Below, in pieces: positions 22,817-35,769 of a DNA stretch of 64,000 nucleotides (its first letter is position 1; each line of letters opens with the position of its first letter). The notes under the pieces are model-generated. The model was not told the DNA's origin. It was given only the letters and a program-made list of their open reading frames with translations, and ran no database searches. The stretch is from Octopus bimaculoides. Its lineage: Eukaryota. The stretch lies in the NCBI RefSeq assembly GCF_001194135.2, contig NC_068985.1:31299385-31363384 (forward strand). The letters are read 5' to 3'. A program made the position numbers and the translations under genes.

Positions 22817-25800
22817 AAAAAGAAACCAATTGTGGTTAGACCTTGAAAGCGTGTGCTCCCTACATTTAATGATTGTCCTCGACATGCCATATATCACAAT
22901 ACCACCTTAATTACACCAAGAAGCTGAGGACCAAAGGCTATAGATATATATATTTATATAGTCGAAATTTACAGAAAAACAAAAGATGAAGACAGGTGTA
23001 TTAGTTTGAGGCTCTGGAAAGTAAGAAAGTCTTTTACGTTACGAGCTTACACTCTCCAACAGAAAGGAACATGAGGAAGTAAACAGAGAGAGAATAAATA
23101 AACTTGTAGAGTTAGCGATCAATCATGGCAATATATACACAGACACATACATGTTGAAACATGTACACATATATGTGCATGTGTATTCATGTATATATAT
23201 ATGTGTGTGTGTGTGTGTCTGTCTGTCTGTTTGTGAGTATATAAGTGCAAATCCCTTTCTTGTCCTTCCTCCTTGACAGCTGTATCATCTTTACTACTCC
23301 TGCTGCTTGTTCCCTTCCACTCCCTTCTGTATCCTTCTATCATCCTCAACTCATGGCTCCTTGCTCTTCTACCCTTCAGTCCTACCCATTTTGGCAGTCT
23401 GCCTCCCTTCATTCTCCTTCTCATACAATCTTGCAAACTGATTCTTCAACTTACCTTGTGACTTGTGGAGTCACTTAGGCACCTCATTACCATTATCTAT
23501 CTCTTGCAGCTCCTATTATTTTTCTCTTTCTCTCCCTTTCTCCTACTAGATGTGATAGCCATGCAGATCTTCTACAAATAACTACACTCTCACTTCCCCC
23601 GTCTCTCGTAGTTCAGTCTTCTCATCCCTTAGAATGAATCCCTAGGGTTTGTAGTTCTGTGAGCTGCATGGCAATCTCAGGCACAAAATATTCACCCAGT
23701 CCATGCTGTAAAGTGGTTGGCAATAGGAAGGGCATCCAGTCATAGAAACCATACCAAAACAAACATTGGAGCATGATGCACTTCTTGAACATGTTGGATT
23801 CTATCACACTGTCCAACCCATGCCAGCATAGAACACTGATGTTAAATGATGATGATGATGATGATACACATACACACAAATAAACACACGTACACAACTT
23901 TTTCTTTCATATTTGATTTAGTTGGTATTTTTTTCTTTTCTCATATTACAGATTGATTTCACCATGCACAAGACTATTTCACACCCAAGGAACTCCTTTG
24001 TATTTCCAGACAACTGATATACTTTAGTAAGTTTGATTGCATTTTATTGTTTACACTGTCATGTTGCTGAAGATTAGGTCTTTGAGTTTATCTGTTACAT
24101 TCCTAGAAATAACATCTAATTCCATAAAACTTGGTCTTTTTATTGCAGTTAGGCTTTGTCAAGTAACATCAGTTTTGCAGGGAAGAATGCCAGTTAATAT
24201 GGTTTGAATTATGCTAAGTCAGGAGAGATTACATCATTCTCAACAATAAATTAGTAAATTTTTTCACAAATATTTAATTGAAATATTACACTTTTGTCTT
24301 TGTTTTCCTTTTTCGTAAGTTTAAATTTTTTAATGGGTTTCTATTGATATCCTATCAATTTTACTTGATGTATTGGAAAATGGAGAATTATTCAGATTAA
24401 TTACACAGGCCAACAAAAATAATTTTTTTCTCTATTGTCAAACAAATTTGAACTTGAACTAGGGGTATTTTGACACACACAATCTGAATGTGACATCCAT
24501 TTATTACTATTACATCAAGATTTTAAGATACTGGATCCATAGAATTTCATTGTTTTTTCAATAAAACAACTTATGAGGAACAAGGTATATCAAACATACA
24601 CAGAAATTGATTTTCTTCAAAATCAGAATGTTTTCTGAAAAATCTCATAAAAATTAAAAAAATTCTACTGACAAATTAACATTGTTTATGCCTAATTCCC
24701 CATGAATTTGCATTTGGATGATTTTCTTGAGTGCTGAGCCTCAGGAAGATTACAAACTGAATTATAGCAATAGTCCACTACCATATGCAAGTCCCATCTG
24801 CCTTGATACCTTTGTTCTAGTGATTCTATGTCCTGATGGAAACATTCTCCCCATTCGTCACTTGTGTCACCAAGATTTACAGGGAATTTATTAAGGTGAT
24901 GTGGAGATTGTGCAGCTTTATGCTCTTTTATGCTCTCAACTTTTGAAAGCTCTCCACCATGTTGTTGACTATTTCGGCTGCTTTCTGTTGCCCAGAAAGT
25001 CATTTACAACTATTACAAATGAATTCCATGCTGCTGCTTCAATGCAATTCATTGAATTTATAAAATTCTCATCTTTCTTCAATTTTCTGATTTGAGGCTC
25101 ATCAAATGTTTCAGCTTTTATCTTTTCACTGCTCAGATTGGGAAATGTGCTGCAGATATAGTGAAAGCATGGTCCATCTTTATTCTGAGCTTTAATAAAC
25201 TGCTTCATAAAGTCAAATTTGATTGGAGTGGAAGCTGGATGATTATTTTTCTGGAGAGAGAGAGAGAGAGAGAGAGAGAGCAACCACTATATTAATCTAT
25301 CGTAATACTTATTTGAGTTCATGTTTTTTTTTTACTTTATAAAGATGACTACATTATTGTGTAGTAATTCTTTATCATCTTGTACATTTTTTTTTGTATT
25401 GCATGTACATTATTTATAAAATAAATTAAAATTTTTGCTTTTTAACCCAGAAATGTGTCTATTTAAATGAAAGTTATTTTCATTATTCTAATTAACTGCT
25501 GCAAAAATTTGAGTTTGCCTTATAAATATTTTCTTTTTAGTGGAATGCCAATGAAAAAAAAGAAGAGAACTGATGTCCAGCTGGTTATGGCTCGAGAACA
25601 ACGTAAAAGAAAAAAGATTGAAAAACAAATAAAAAAACTTGAAAAATATTCTCAAAAATTAAAACCTATTGAGGAAGTTCAAATAAGTTCTCAACTTCGG
25701 AAAGAAATTAAGTAAGTTGTCTTTAAAGATAATGATGAATTTCTGATGTTTATTTTCATTATAGATATTAAAAAGTTGTCAGAAATAGTGAAGAACCAGT

Positions 25801-28800
25801 GTACTTTACAGCATTTAATGCTTTAGCATTCATACTACTCTGTCATATGTAATGTTTATTTATACACACTGTTTTAAATTACCCATGCATTATCTCATAG
25901 CTTTGAAATTTTGATGATGTAATTGTTTATTTTTAGAATGACATTGTAGAATAGGTGGGAGAGGCTAAACCTGGTCAGTTTGAACATATAAGTAGAATAT
26001 TTGGGCTGGATATGGTCTAAATACCAAAGAGTGTATTTCTTCTTTTTTAGTTTAAAATCAACTTCTTTCATTCATTTTGGATTAAAGTATTAAATACTTG
26101 ACATATGCTGAGATTGATTTAATTCAACACAATTTTGTGTCATTGTATATGTAATACAAATTTCATTTTATATCCATTCTGGCCTAGCAAATGATATGTT
26201 GTGCCCATTAAAAAAAATGTAATTTTGTTAAATTTTATTCTTAACTTTATATTATTTTCATCTATAAAACGAGCTGAATATTATCCACTACTTCTTCATC
26301 ATCATCATCATCTTGACAATTAGTAAATTACCTTGTGACTTATTGTTTTGCTTCCCTTTTGTCTATGTTGATTAATATTTGAACAATGGTTTGATAGTAT
26401 CTCTCTGAGATGTTTGTCAAATATGTATGAGGTACAATGTCATCATCATCATTTCCACTTTTCCATGGAATTTATTGAATCAGATTTCCTATGGCTGGAT
26501 GCCTTTCCTGTCACCAAACCTTAACTGTTTCTAGGCAAGGTTGTATTTCCTCATGGCCACATATTTTTCACAGAAGACTGGAAACAACATCATTTCTATG
26601 ATGTTTTGCTCAAACCATCATGATGTCAAAACAAGGGTACACACAAACATGCTGGGCTGCTTTCAGTCTCTCTGTGCCAAATCTACCCACAAGGTTTTTG
26701 TTAGTCTGGGGCTATAATAGAAGACATTTACAAGATCTGTAAGCAGATTAGAGTTAACAGCCATAGGATACCCTTCAATTATGTGAACTGACCAAATGGA
26801 AGAAAAATAAGAGACTTTGATATAAACAAATCAAACAGTGAAAGGCTAGAAAAAAGCAAAACAAACTAACCACTGATTCTCATTGAGTTGAATAACTTAT
26901 TATTGTAATTATCAGCATCATCAGTGTTATTAGGGCAGTGGATTGGCAGAACTGCTTGAGTATCAGGCAAAAATGGCTTACAGTATTTCTTCCAACTCTT
27001 TATATTCTAAGTTCAAATCCCACCAAGGTTAACCTTGTCTTTTATCTCTCTGGGATCTATAAATTAAAGTACCAGTTAAATATTGGGGATCATTTTGATC
27101 AAAATTACTGGCCTTGTGTCTAAATTAAGAACAATTGTTAGGGTGGTAGATTGGCAGACTCATTAGAGCATCAGAAAAGAGAGTGTTACAATGTTTCTTT
27201 ACATTCTGAGTTTAAATACTGCCAGAGTTAACTTTGCCTTTCATCTATGCAGAGTTGATAAAATAAAGTACCAGTAAAGTATTGGAACTGATGTAATCAA
27301 TTAGTCTTCTTCTCACAAAAATGTTTTCCTTGTACCTAATTTAGAAACAGTTATTATCATTATTGTTGTTCTCTTTTGAGAAGAGTGAACTTATGAAACA
27401 GTTCTGTAGAAGATTCAGATATATTATATTCTACTTTATGAGAAAATTATTATTATTATTATTATTATTATTATTTGTGTCTGAAGCAAGAGGACACTTC
27501 CATGTGGCTTGTTTTCTTGAAAATTTGTTTTATTAGTAGGTAGTCCAAATTTTGTGGAACAGTTTACTAAATCACCCACTGTAAGTGGTCTGGCAAAAAT
27601 TTGTCCTTTAAGGGTGAATTTTGAGATTTAAGAGTCAAAATAGCAATATGACTTCCCAAATTGAGAGAAGTGAAGGCTGTTAGAACAGCTGCTATGACAT
27701 TATTGGAATTAGCCATAACTCCTCACTTTTGAGGATTGTTGCATTTGGGGGGGGGGGGGCTAATTCTTCATTTGAAAATCTGACCTCAACTGTGCCAAAG
27801 CATCTCCAAGTTTTTATACCACAGACTGGTCTGGGCTTGCTCACCCACTCCAGTCTCCTTGACTTCATTGCAATACATTTAAATATGGAGGACAATGTGG
27901 AGAGGGTATTTGCCTTAGTGTTCAGGGCAACTATGGTTTTGTAGGGTCTCCATGAGCAGCCCTATGAAATCTCCCTCTTTTGGGGAATTATTCATTGTTA
28001 TAATTTTATATTACTATTTTTCACTTTTTACATGCCTTTTGTGTTATCCCACATTGAATTGTCTTGTACTGTCCCCAATGTTTCATGCAAACTCTTAGTG
28101 GTTAATAAAGAAAACATTACTATTATTATTATTATTATTATTATTATACTGTCAATAAAAGGTGTAAGGTGGCAAGCTGGCAGAATCATTTAGCACTTTG
28201 GGCAAAATGCTTAGCGGCATTTCATGTCTTTAAGATCCGAGTTCAAATTTCGTCGAGGTTCACTTTACCTTTCATCATTTCGGGGTTGATAAAATAAATA
28301 CCAGTTGAACACTGGGGTCAATGTAATCGACTAGTCTCCTCCCCCAAAATTTCAGACCTTGTGCCCCTAGTAGGAAGGATTATTATTATGCAGCTGTCAG
28401 TAAAAGGTTTCCAGACACTTTGATATCCACCTATTTACTATGGAGTGGAAAAATATTGAACATTGTTATATTTCAGTTTTGTAAACATTTATTAACTTGT
28501 ATTTTAGTGAGATGTGTTAGTCATCCAGCATGATAGCACCAATCCCATCTCAAAGAAAATAGTATTTGAAAATAAGAGAGAATTTTTAAAAAAGAGAAAA
28601 ACTGTAAAAATCCTGCCAAATCAGTTACAGAAGTCTGATGCAGGCTTCTGCCTCACCATCTCTTGTCAAATCATCCCACCCATGCCAGCATGAAAGGCAG
28701 ATGTTAAATGATGATGATGAATAGCAATAGCAGCCATTTTGCTAGGCAGAGGAAATTCCTTAATATTGGTTGGATCCTGAAAGAGGAAAGAACGCGGAAA

Positions 28801-30735
28801 AGTATGTTACAAGGGATAGTACCTCCTTGCTTTTGAAACGGATTAGAAACTGGCAAAGAGGAGAGCTAAATATTTGTCTTGCCAAAATCAGTGGTTTCCG
28901 TGTCTCCTCAAGTCCTAGTTGATGTGTGTAATAATGCAGTTTCCATTGATGAGGGCAGGGCATATGGGAGTGTGTACTTGTTCTTTAACACCACATAAAT
29001 GCTCACAAGTTGATGATGCAATATCTAGGGTGACGAAATTCAAGGATCATATACTACTAGTTCATACACACTTTGAATGATAGCTGTAGTGATTTTAATG
29101 TGGCAAAATACTTTTATTATTTAATAATCTAATTCTTTTTTTTATTTTAAGTAGAAATGCTTAAGAGTATTCATGTATCTCTTTCATATTCAGACAGATA
29201 AATAGATATGAGTTTTTTATTTGTGTTGTTATATGAATGTGATTTTATGATTTTTGTTTTTTAAAGTCTGAGGTACCGTGCTAAACCAAAGTTGTCATTT
29301 GAAGAGTCTGAAAATCGAATGCTACTGAAAAAAGCTTGGTCAGTTTACCAGAAAAATAAATTTCATGAAGACCTGGTAGCAATGGATAATGCTGCAACTG
29401 CTCAGAAAGAAGCTTTAGCTGAACTTCGAAAAGAGTCTGAAGAACTCTATCACTTAGCTATTCAGGTAATAACTTTGTATTTTCTTTCTTCTTTGTTAAT
29501 AGTAGATGTGTGTGAGAGTTTTACTGTTGAGAAAATTTTAGGAAAAGTAGTGAGGAGCTGTCAGTTTGACATGGGAAATTTGAAGTGAGCCTATTGTTTA
29601 CATCTCTTGGTAGAGCTCTTAAGTAGTTTTCCTAAAGATACTTCTAGACAAGGGGTCGCCCAACTTTTTCAACCATCAACCCCCTTTAGCTACTTCTCCA
29701 TCTGCAATGACCACTTAATACCCTACCATACCATATCTTACATGCGTACCAGGTAATGATGCTGGCAAAAACGTTTATGAGATATGTATTTAATATCTCA
29801 TCTCCCTTAGCAGGCTTAGTCATTAAGCAAACATTTGACAGTCCGCATCCCCTCAATCACTGATTATGATATCAGGCCTTGAACGTTAGCAAAAGCAGAT
29901 TTCTAGCTGCAGTGAAAAATTTACTAAGTTTTCCCATGTTTCATGGTGCTGACTAAGTATTTCAAGTTCATCTGGGTGAGCTGGTCTCTTGCACGCCAAC
30001 TCTCATTCGACCCCCAGTAATTCCTTGCTGACCCCCTTCTAGACTGTTTCTTTAACTGCTGCTGTTTTAATAGGCTTATCCAATCAGATTATTTAAAATC
30101 ATTCAAAATAAGAGAATTAAGAATTCATTCTTTTCTTCCTTTTCCATTGTTTCATTTTATTTTTGTACTAATCTTGTTCTAATTTTTCTTTGCTGTTCTT
30201 CATTTCAGTCCATGTTTTCAGAACCTGCTCTTCTACTGACCATGATTCTTAGAAGTATTTTGATATGCTCTACCTTCTCTAGGCAATTTTAATTTTTTTC
30301 TCATCTGTTTAGTGTATTTGAGAAAATCATTTATTGTATTTTCATATTGCCATGGCTGTCTTGATCCTATGTCTCCAGCTACCTTTCTCCATCAAGTTTC
30401 AACATTCAACCTTGTATTAAACAACTACACAACGCAATTATTTCAAATCACATATCTCTACTTATAGTCCTCTCGCCTGAATACATTGGTTTATTGACTG
30501 ACAATTATCGTAGTACAACTTTAGCTATCTATCTTTTCAAATAGATGTTTAATGAGCATAAATTCACATTGTTTAATCAATTCAATAGCTCTCTCTTTTT
30601 TTTTCTTTTGGTTTGTTTTAGATTGATGAGCAGCTTATACCTTATACACATCAAGGACCTATGCGAACAATTCCAATTGATAATTATGAGTCACCTGATG
30701 GTGACTACAAAGACACATCTCGGAAATGGGATTAA
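20906..30735 (+). CDS. MRPL40: 39S mitochondrial ribosomal protein L40 (mL40): exons 20906-20952, 23952-24026, 25541-25711, 29267-29465, 30622-30735; 606 nt, 201 aa
   Basis: Spliced ORF contains PMKKKKRTD..KRKKIEKQIKKLEK..LKPIEE, LSFEESENRMLLKKAW, QKEALAELRKESEELY and GPMRTIPIDNYESPDGDYKD, all mL40 family motifs. Phases 2,2,2,0 are compatible and the frame ends in TAA. Confidence 0.93.
21625..21802 (-). repeat. SINE family C
   Basis: Reverse complement of the 28165-28390 motif (gaaaggcaaagtc..ggcggaatttgaactcagaacgt). Confidence 0.7.
22780..22814. repeat. (CT)n microsatellite
   Basis: Seen directly. Confidence 0.95.
22970..23110 (-). mobile_element. Penelope-like terminal-repeat fragment with a degenerate hammerhead-like motif
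   Basis: Minus strand reads CCTTT-CTGTTGG-A-GAGT gtaa GCTC-GTAAC-GTA-AAAG. Assignment to Penelope-like elements is inference. Confidence 0.4.
23680..23865 (+). repeat. Diverged RTE-tail repeat with (GAT)n tail
   Basis: gtggttggcaataggaagggcatccag...catgccagcatagaa...ttaaatgatgatgat. Confidence 0.75.
23952..24026 (+). CDS. MRPL40: MRPL40 exon 2 (75 nt)
   Basis: Pyrimidine-rich tract ending attacag|, donor TA|gtaagt; LISPCTRLFHTQGTPLYFQTTDIL is presequence-like. Confidence 0.8.
24404..25253 (-). mobile_element. Decayed DNA transposase C-terminal fragment, probably Chapaev-3/CMC type, in MRPL40 intron 2
   Basis: MKQFIKAQNKDGPCFHYICSTFPNLSSEKIKA..FDEPQIRKL..AWNSF..FLGN, then HLNKFPVNLGDTSDEWGECFHQDIESLEQRYQGRWD..MVVDYC. 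Transposase origin is clear; the superfamily is from recall of the SDExGExFHQD motif. Confidence 0.7.
25254..25280. repeat. (GA)n microsatellite bounding the transposase relic
   Basis: Seen directly. Confidence 0.95.
25541..25711 (+). CDS. MRPL40: MRPL40 exon 3 (171 nt)
   Basis: Acceptor ttttctttttag|, donor AA|gtaagt; Lys-rich mL40 segment. Confidence 0.95.
25815..26030. mobile_element. piggyBac-type MITE, diverged
   Basis: Shares ttttagaatgacattgtag and tagaatatttgggctggatat with the reverse complement of 5818-5944; TTAA at the left end. Confidence 0.5.
26935..27352 (+). repeat. Two tandem diverged SINE family C copies
   Basis: Each has ttggcaga..ctaagttcaaat/ctgagtttaaat..taaagtaccagt..ttagaaaca or ttaagaaca. 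Confidence 0.6.
28165..28390 (+). repeat. SINE family C, near full length
   Basis: aaggtggcaagctggcagaatc...gagttcaaatttcgtcgaggttcactttacctttcatc...ccttgtgcccctagtaggaaggattattatt. Confidence 0.8.
29267..29465 (+). CDS. MRPL40: MRPL40 exon 4 (199 nt)
   Basis: Acceptor tttttgttttttaaag| (less common AAG), donor CAG|gtaata; LSFEESENR...LAIQ. Confidence 0.92.
29649..30035. mobile_element. hAT-like MITE in MRPL40 intron 4
   Basis: Starts CAAGGGGTCGCCCAAC and ends gacccc. It is flanked on both sides by cttctagac (29641-29649, 30036-30044), containing the TCTAGA-type target typical of Charlie-group hAT elements. Confidence 0.5.
30622..30735 (+). CDS. MRPL40: MRPL40 exon 5 (114 nt including stop)
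   Basis: Acceptor tttgttttag|; IDEQLIPYTHQGPMRTIPIDNYESPDGDYKDTSRKWD*. Confidence 0.93.
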   Translation: MDEQLIPYTHQGPMRTIPIDNYESPDGDYKDTSRKWD

Positions 30736-30783
30736 CCAAGTACAGTTTTGTGATTGGTCAAATGGAGTTAGTTTTTATATTGT

Positions 30784-30789
30784 AATAAA
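30784..30789 (+). promoter_or_regulatory. Candidate polyadenylation signal of MRPL40
   Basis: First AATAAA, 49 nt after the stop. AT-rich context makes chance occurrence possible. Confidence 0.45.
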
Positions 30790-33700
30790 TTATTGAAACT
30801 TTATAATATTGATATTGTAATTCTTATTTGAAAGGTGTATTGCAGAAAGATTAGGTAGTTTACCAGACTAAGAGAATTTAATTAGGCTATCTTTGTATTT
30901 TAACTTGCTTGCTTTTCATTCTTCTGTTCATAAAATAAGTACAAGCCATTTACTAAAGTTGATTCAATGAACTTATTGTTTGTTCTACTATAAAATGTTC
31001 ATGCCCATATCATAAATTATTACATATTTTTGTTTCGATAGATTTTAATGCTTGCTGTTAAAATGTAAAATCACTGTACTTAGACACAGGCATGGTTTTG
31101 TGGTTAAGAAGCTTGCTTTGCAGCCACATGATTTCAGGTCCAGTCCCAAAACTGTCATATATATTTGTCTCCCTTGACAACTGCTGTTGGTTTATGCCCC
31201 CACCCGCAATAACTTAGCAGTTCAGTAAATAAACTGATATATGTATAATTGTTTGATCAGTGGTAGTACCCCAGCCTGGCCAGTCCTATAACAAGTAAAA
31301 GTTGAAAAATGAATTATTTTGAGATATCTGTTTTCGGCAACTTTGCAACTCTCCTTGATGGTCCTGCTGGTTCCCCTGCCCCCATGATTTTATTGTTTAG
31401 TAATCAAAAGCTAGTCCATCTGTTAAGTCTACTTTTCCTTACAATGCGATCATCAATAATAGCATTTCATTCACCCCAATGCCAGTGAAGGCATGTGCAC
31501 AACTATTGTGTAATATTTCAATTAACAATATATGAACATGAGAGGTAACTGCACAAAATAAATGCTAAATATTCATGATTGCTTTGAGAGTTTAGTTATC
31601 ACAATTGGCCTCAATAATGTGCATCTGTTTATTCACTAAGCATAAATGCTTAGTATATGTGCACATACTATACTCACAAATTCTTTCATCTTAAAACTTT
31701 TGAATTAATTCATCCTTCCAGTCAGGATTGCTAATTCAATAAATTTCTAACTAGATCTAGCATATTTTAATACAATATAGCCAATGAATACAATCATCTA
31801 ACTGACAGAAATTTAATTATTTTAAAAATAATGTAGATTATCATGATACATTCATTGCTAGCAGTTTACAATTAGATGACCTAATCATATTTCACAGCAA
31901 ATTTAAAGACCTACCACATTTGGCAATTTCAGAATGGTCATAGCAGTAACAATGTGACTTGGTGGCTGTTTTGCCATTAGTAGTCTGTTTCTGTAACCCA
32001 GAACATAGGCGTTATTGGTGCTGAATTTATCTTTCCTGACTACCCAAAGTGAAACTGAATCAATTTCTGTTTAGTGTTGAAAAGTGAAATTTAGATGTTA
32101 TAAGGGAAGCTATATAAGGTCTGGTAGACTGTTTTATTAAAATATTTACTTTTTAAGAGAATCCAAACATTCAATTTATTGCTCTTATAATTCTTTAAAA
32201 ATATCTATTTTAGTTAATCAGGTAATGATTTTAGCTAATTCTGGCTATAAGCTATAAATATTATCTGATTGTTATTATCATCGTTTAATGTCCATTTTCC
32301 AGGCTGGCATGAATTGGATGGTTTGACATGGAGCTGTTCAGACTCCAACTGTCTGTTGTGGCATGGTTTCTACGGCTGGATGCCCTTCCTAATGCCAACC
32401 ATTTCACGTGCCACTGGCATGCATGCATTTATGCAGCACTGGCCCCTGAAAGAACAAGCTTGTATGTATGGATTTTACTTACAACAAATTTCCACATTCC
32501 CAGTCCCTTGTCATTTCCTCAATGAGGCCCAGCGTCTGAAGATCCTTTCTCACCACTTCATCCCACATCTTTCCTCCACAATTTTAATTTGACAACTCTA
32601 GTTTCAATATGCCAAAATGAAAGGAGAGTACCGTGGTAAATGCTATCAATAACTTCAGAAACAAAATATGAAATCATAAATATACACAAAGCTGAAAGAA
32701 AGAATTAGTTTTGAAATTTTTCTTGAGGCTAGTGAATTGCATCTGCAATTTTAATGGATAAAGAAAAGTATTTCAATGGCATTAAGAAGTACACACTTCT
32801 TGCAATCTTCAATAATAAAGGATTTGTCATCCTTATTCTTTGCATAGAAAACTTTTTCTCAACAGAACTCATCAAATGCAATGCTTAAGGATACCTTTTA
32901 TACAAGCTGTTAATTTTGCTAAGGGTTTATCTTTTTTATGATGTTAAAGGATAAGAAGGAAGACAGCTGAAGAAATATTTATTGCAAACTATAACTGGAT
33001 TTATAGATATAATCACAGTCAATTATAGTCTGTTGCAGCATTCTTTTGTATTAAGTTGCAGATTTTCCCCTATTATTTTAATTGTTTGAAAAGATTACCG
33101 ATTTATATTCAGAGAAACATCAAATAAAAACACAGACATTCATCACCACAAATTAGTCTCTAAACTTAACAATGTTCAGAAGGATGCCAAGAGTCAGATA
33201 TTTATCCATCAACATAAATCTTTTAATATAGGTATAATTTAGTTAACTGTAACAGAATACATAGAAAGACACACACTTTGTTGTAAACAACTTGGAGTGA
33301 CCTAAGAAACTTCATGGTGAGTATAATTCTGATCAGAATGTTGTATGGAGTTTACCTCTAGAAACCCATTTTTCCACACTTCAATTAGTCCATTGACAAT
33401 TTTTATTACTGCTCGAAAAGCTTTGCTTGAATTCATTTCATCATTTTACATCCACTTTCTGTGGTGGTACAGTCTGGATGGTTTGACCAGAATGCTATTT
33501 GGAGTATCATACCTTGCTCCAATGTCTGTTTTGGTGTAGCTTCTTGGGCTGATCAGGTCAATTTGTAATTTGCAAGACTAAAGACCTTACAATTGGGAGA
33601 GGGAATAAAAGTGAGTACGATGACAAAAGTGAGAGGTTTAGGTTGAAGGAAATTAATGCATCATGAGAGGAACAGTTTTTTTTTCCAGTTAATTTTTGAA

Positions 33701-35527
33701 CTATTAAGAAAGATTACAAAGATGTTTAAGAGGTACTAATGGTAATCCAGTGAGGTGGTTCAGTATAATGTGTGTGTGTGTGTTCATAAGCATAAGATCT
33801 CCACATTAGTGGGCACTGTTATTTTGAAACAGTATGTCTTAGTAGCTAACCATTGACATGTACCTCAGCTCATATTTGTTGTGTGTGTATATAATACATA
33901 CACTCACTTGCATGTATGTGTACATTATTTTGGTAGCTATAATAAAAATAAAGGCAATGAGTTATAAAATGTAAGCAAAAAATTTGATGAACTTCACAGT
34001 ACCAAATAAAATGTAACACAACAATACTGTACTAAGTAACCAGTCAGCTTGTTACATAATGGGCAAATAGATGTAAAGATGTTGATGTCAACAGATTGAT
34101 TAAAAAAAAATAGATTACTGCACTCCTTTGTTACAAATTTTTTTTCTCTCTCCATGTAAAAAAACAAAGTTCATGAAGGGTGTGTAAGAAGTCTGATGTA
34201 TGATAGTACATACCGACAACACTGAAAACAGTGTTTTATGCATGGAGAGAATAGTCTGTTTGATATGCTGTGCTATTTTTATGAAACTGGTTATATACAA
34301 GTAAGTTCAGAAAATGAGAGAATATGAAAATTACTGGATGATAGTTGACTCTCCTAATGATATAGTTGCTAACAATTAGCTGTGCCTTACTGCTTGGCAG
34401 AGATGTAAGTAAAGCATTTCAAAGTTTGTTGTGGAGATAAATTATAGATTCAACTATATATTCATTATAAAATTTTATATATAATACAAACACACAATAA
34501 TCATTTTACACAATTCTCCCATATGCTAAAATGGTTATGTTGGTTTCGTTTGATAAGTTTCAACAGCTCAGAAGACCAGGTCTTGCTCTAATGTCTCATT
34601 TTTGACATGGTTTCTACAGCTGGACTCTTCTTAATGTCAACCACTTTACAGAGAGTATTGTGTAAATTTTTTTGTTGCACCAGCATTGTTGGGGGTCGCC
34701 TTGCAAAGTGAAATAGAGCCCCCATGATGGTTGGGACAAATTTATCACTGTGAGCGGATGGTAATGGTGACAGGGAGCACTAATTACATGGACTAAGTGA
34801 TGGATGGGTCAGTCCACCAGTGATGCCAGCATGGTTGTATTATTTATCAGGGCTCAAGACAGTTTTCATTAGAGTTACATAAGTTAGTTGTTGGGTGTGA
34901 TAGAGAAGAACCTACCAGAGATAGGGAAGTGAGTAATAGGAAAGAAAATGAAGAGTAGTGTCAGTGGGTTAGAGAGTGTGTATGCGTTTGATACGACAGT
35001 AGGGAAGGTTAAGTAGGAGGAGATGCATATTGTAAAATAATAAAGACAGGAATATTCATCATCTAATCCTTTATTAAATATGAACTGAGAACCACAGAAC
35101 AAATTCTGAGTGTTAACAGTCAACATAAATCAAATTAGGGTTGCCAACAAACATACAACAATCTTCAACATGCACACACAGACACCATTTCCATATCAAA
35201 AGATTATTAAAAAAAAAAGGAAGGTATGTTATTTCAGTCAACAAGAGAGAGCTAGTCACTGATCCATTTTATCTAGCTTAGAATGTCTTTTCTCTACTTT
35301 GTATGTTTTCTGAATGGGTTACATTAAAACTAGTTATCTTGTGTCAAACATTCAAAATGTACACATACCAAAAAACAGGCTTTGCAAGTTTTTTTTAAAT
35401 GCTGCTGTTACATTGATTGTTCTCAACATTTTATTGAATTCATTTATCATAAACTCATATTCTTTATATCTAGTTGGTTCATCAAAGATTCTTGAAAACA
35501 CTGATACTTTTTTCTATATGGTTTTAA

Positions 35528-35533
35528 TTTATT
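35528..35533 (-). promoter_or_regulatory. Candidate polyadenylation signal of TOMM70
   Basis: AATAAA on the minus strand ~56 nt after the stop; a second one lies at 35430-35435. Confidence 0.35.
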
Positions 35534-35588
35534 AATGTAGTATTTTAAGTTCACAGAAGAACCAGCATGAATAATGATATAAGTAGTG

Positions 35589-35769
35589 TTATAATGACTT
35601 AAAAGCACCATTCAGATCTTGCCCTAATGCTAAGTTCCCCAAGCGCCGTGATACTTCCAACTGTGCCAAGGTAGCATCAAGTAAAGTGTAGAGATGAGTG
35701 ATTTCATGATCACTACGGGAAAGAGAAATTGCCTTATGAAAATTGGTAACTGCAGATTCTATATTACCC
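35589..35769 (-). CDS. TOMM70: TOMM70 exon 12 (181 nt including stop)
   Basis: ttttctgtttgcag|G; GNIESAVTNFHKAISLSRSDHEITHLYTLLDA...FKSL*. Confidence 0.95.

Noticed and set aside
35589-35600. TOMM70 C-terminus ...FKSL as a peroxisomal PTS1 signal
   Set aside because: KSL does not fit the [SAC][KRH][LM] consensus.
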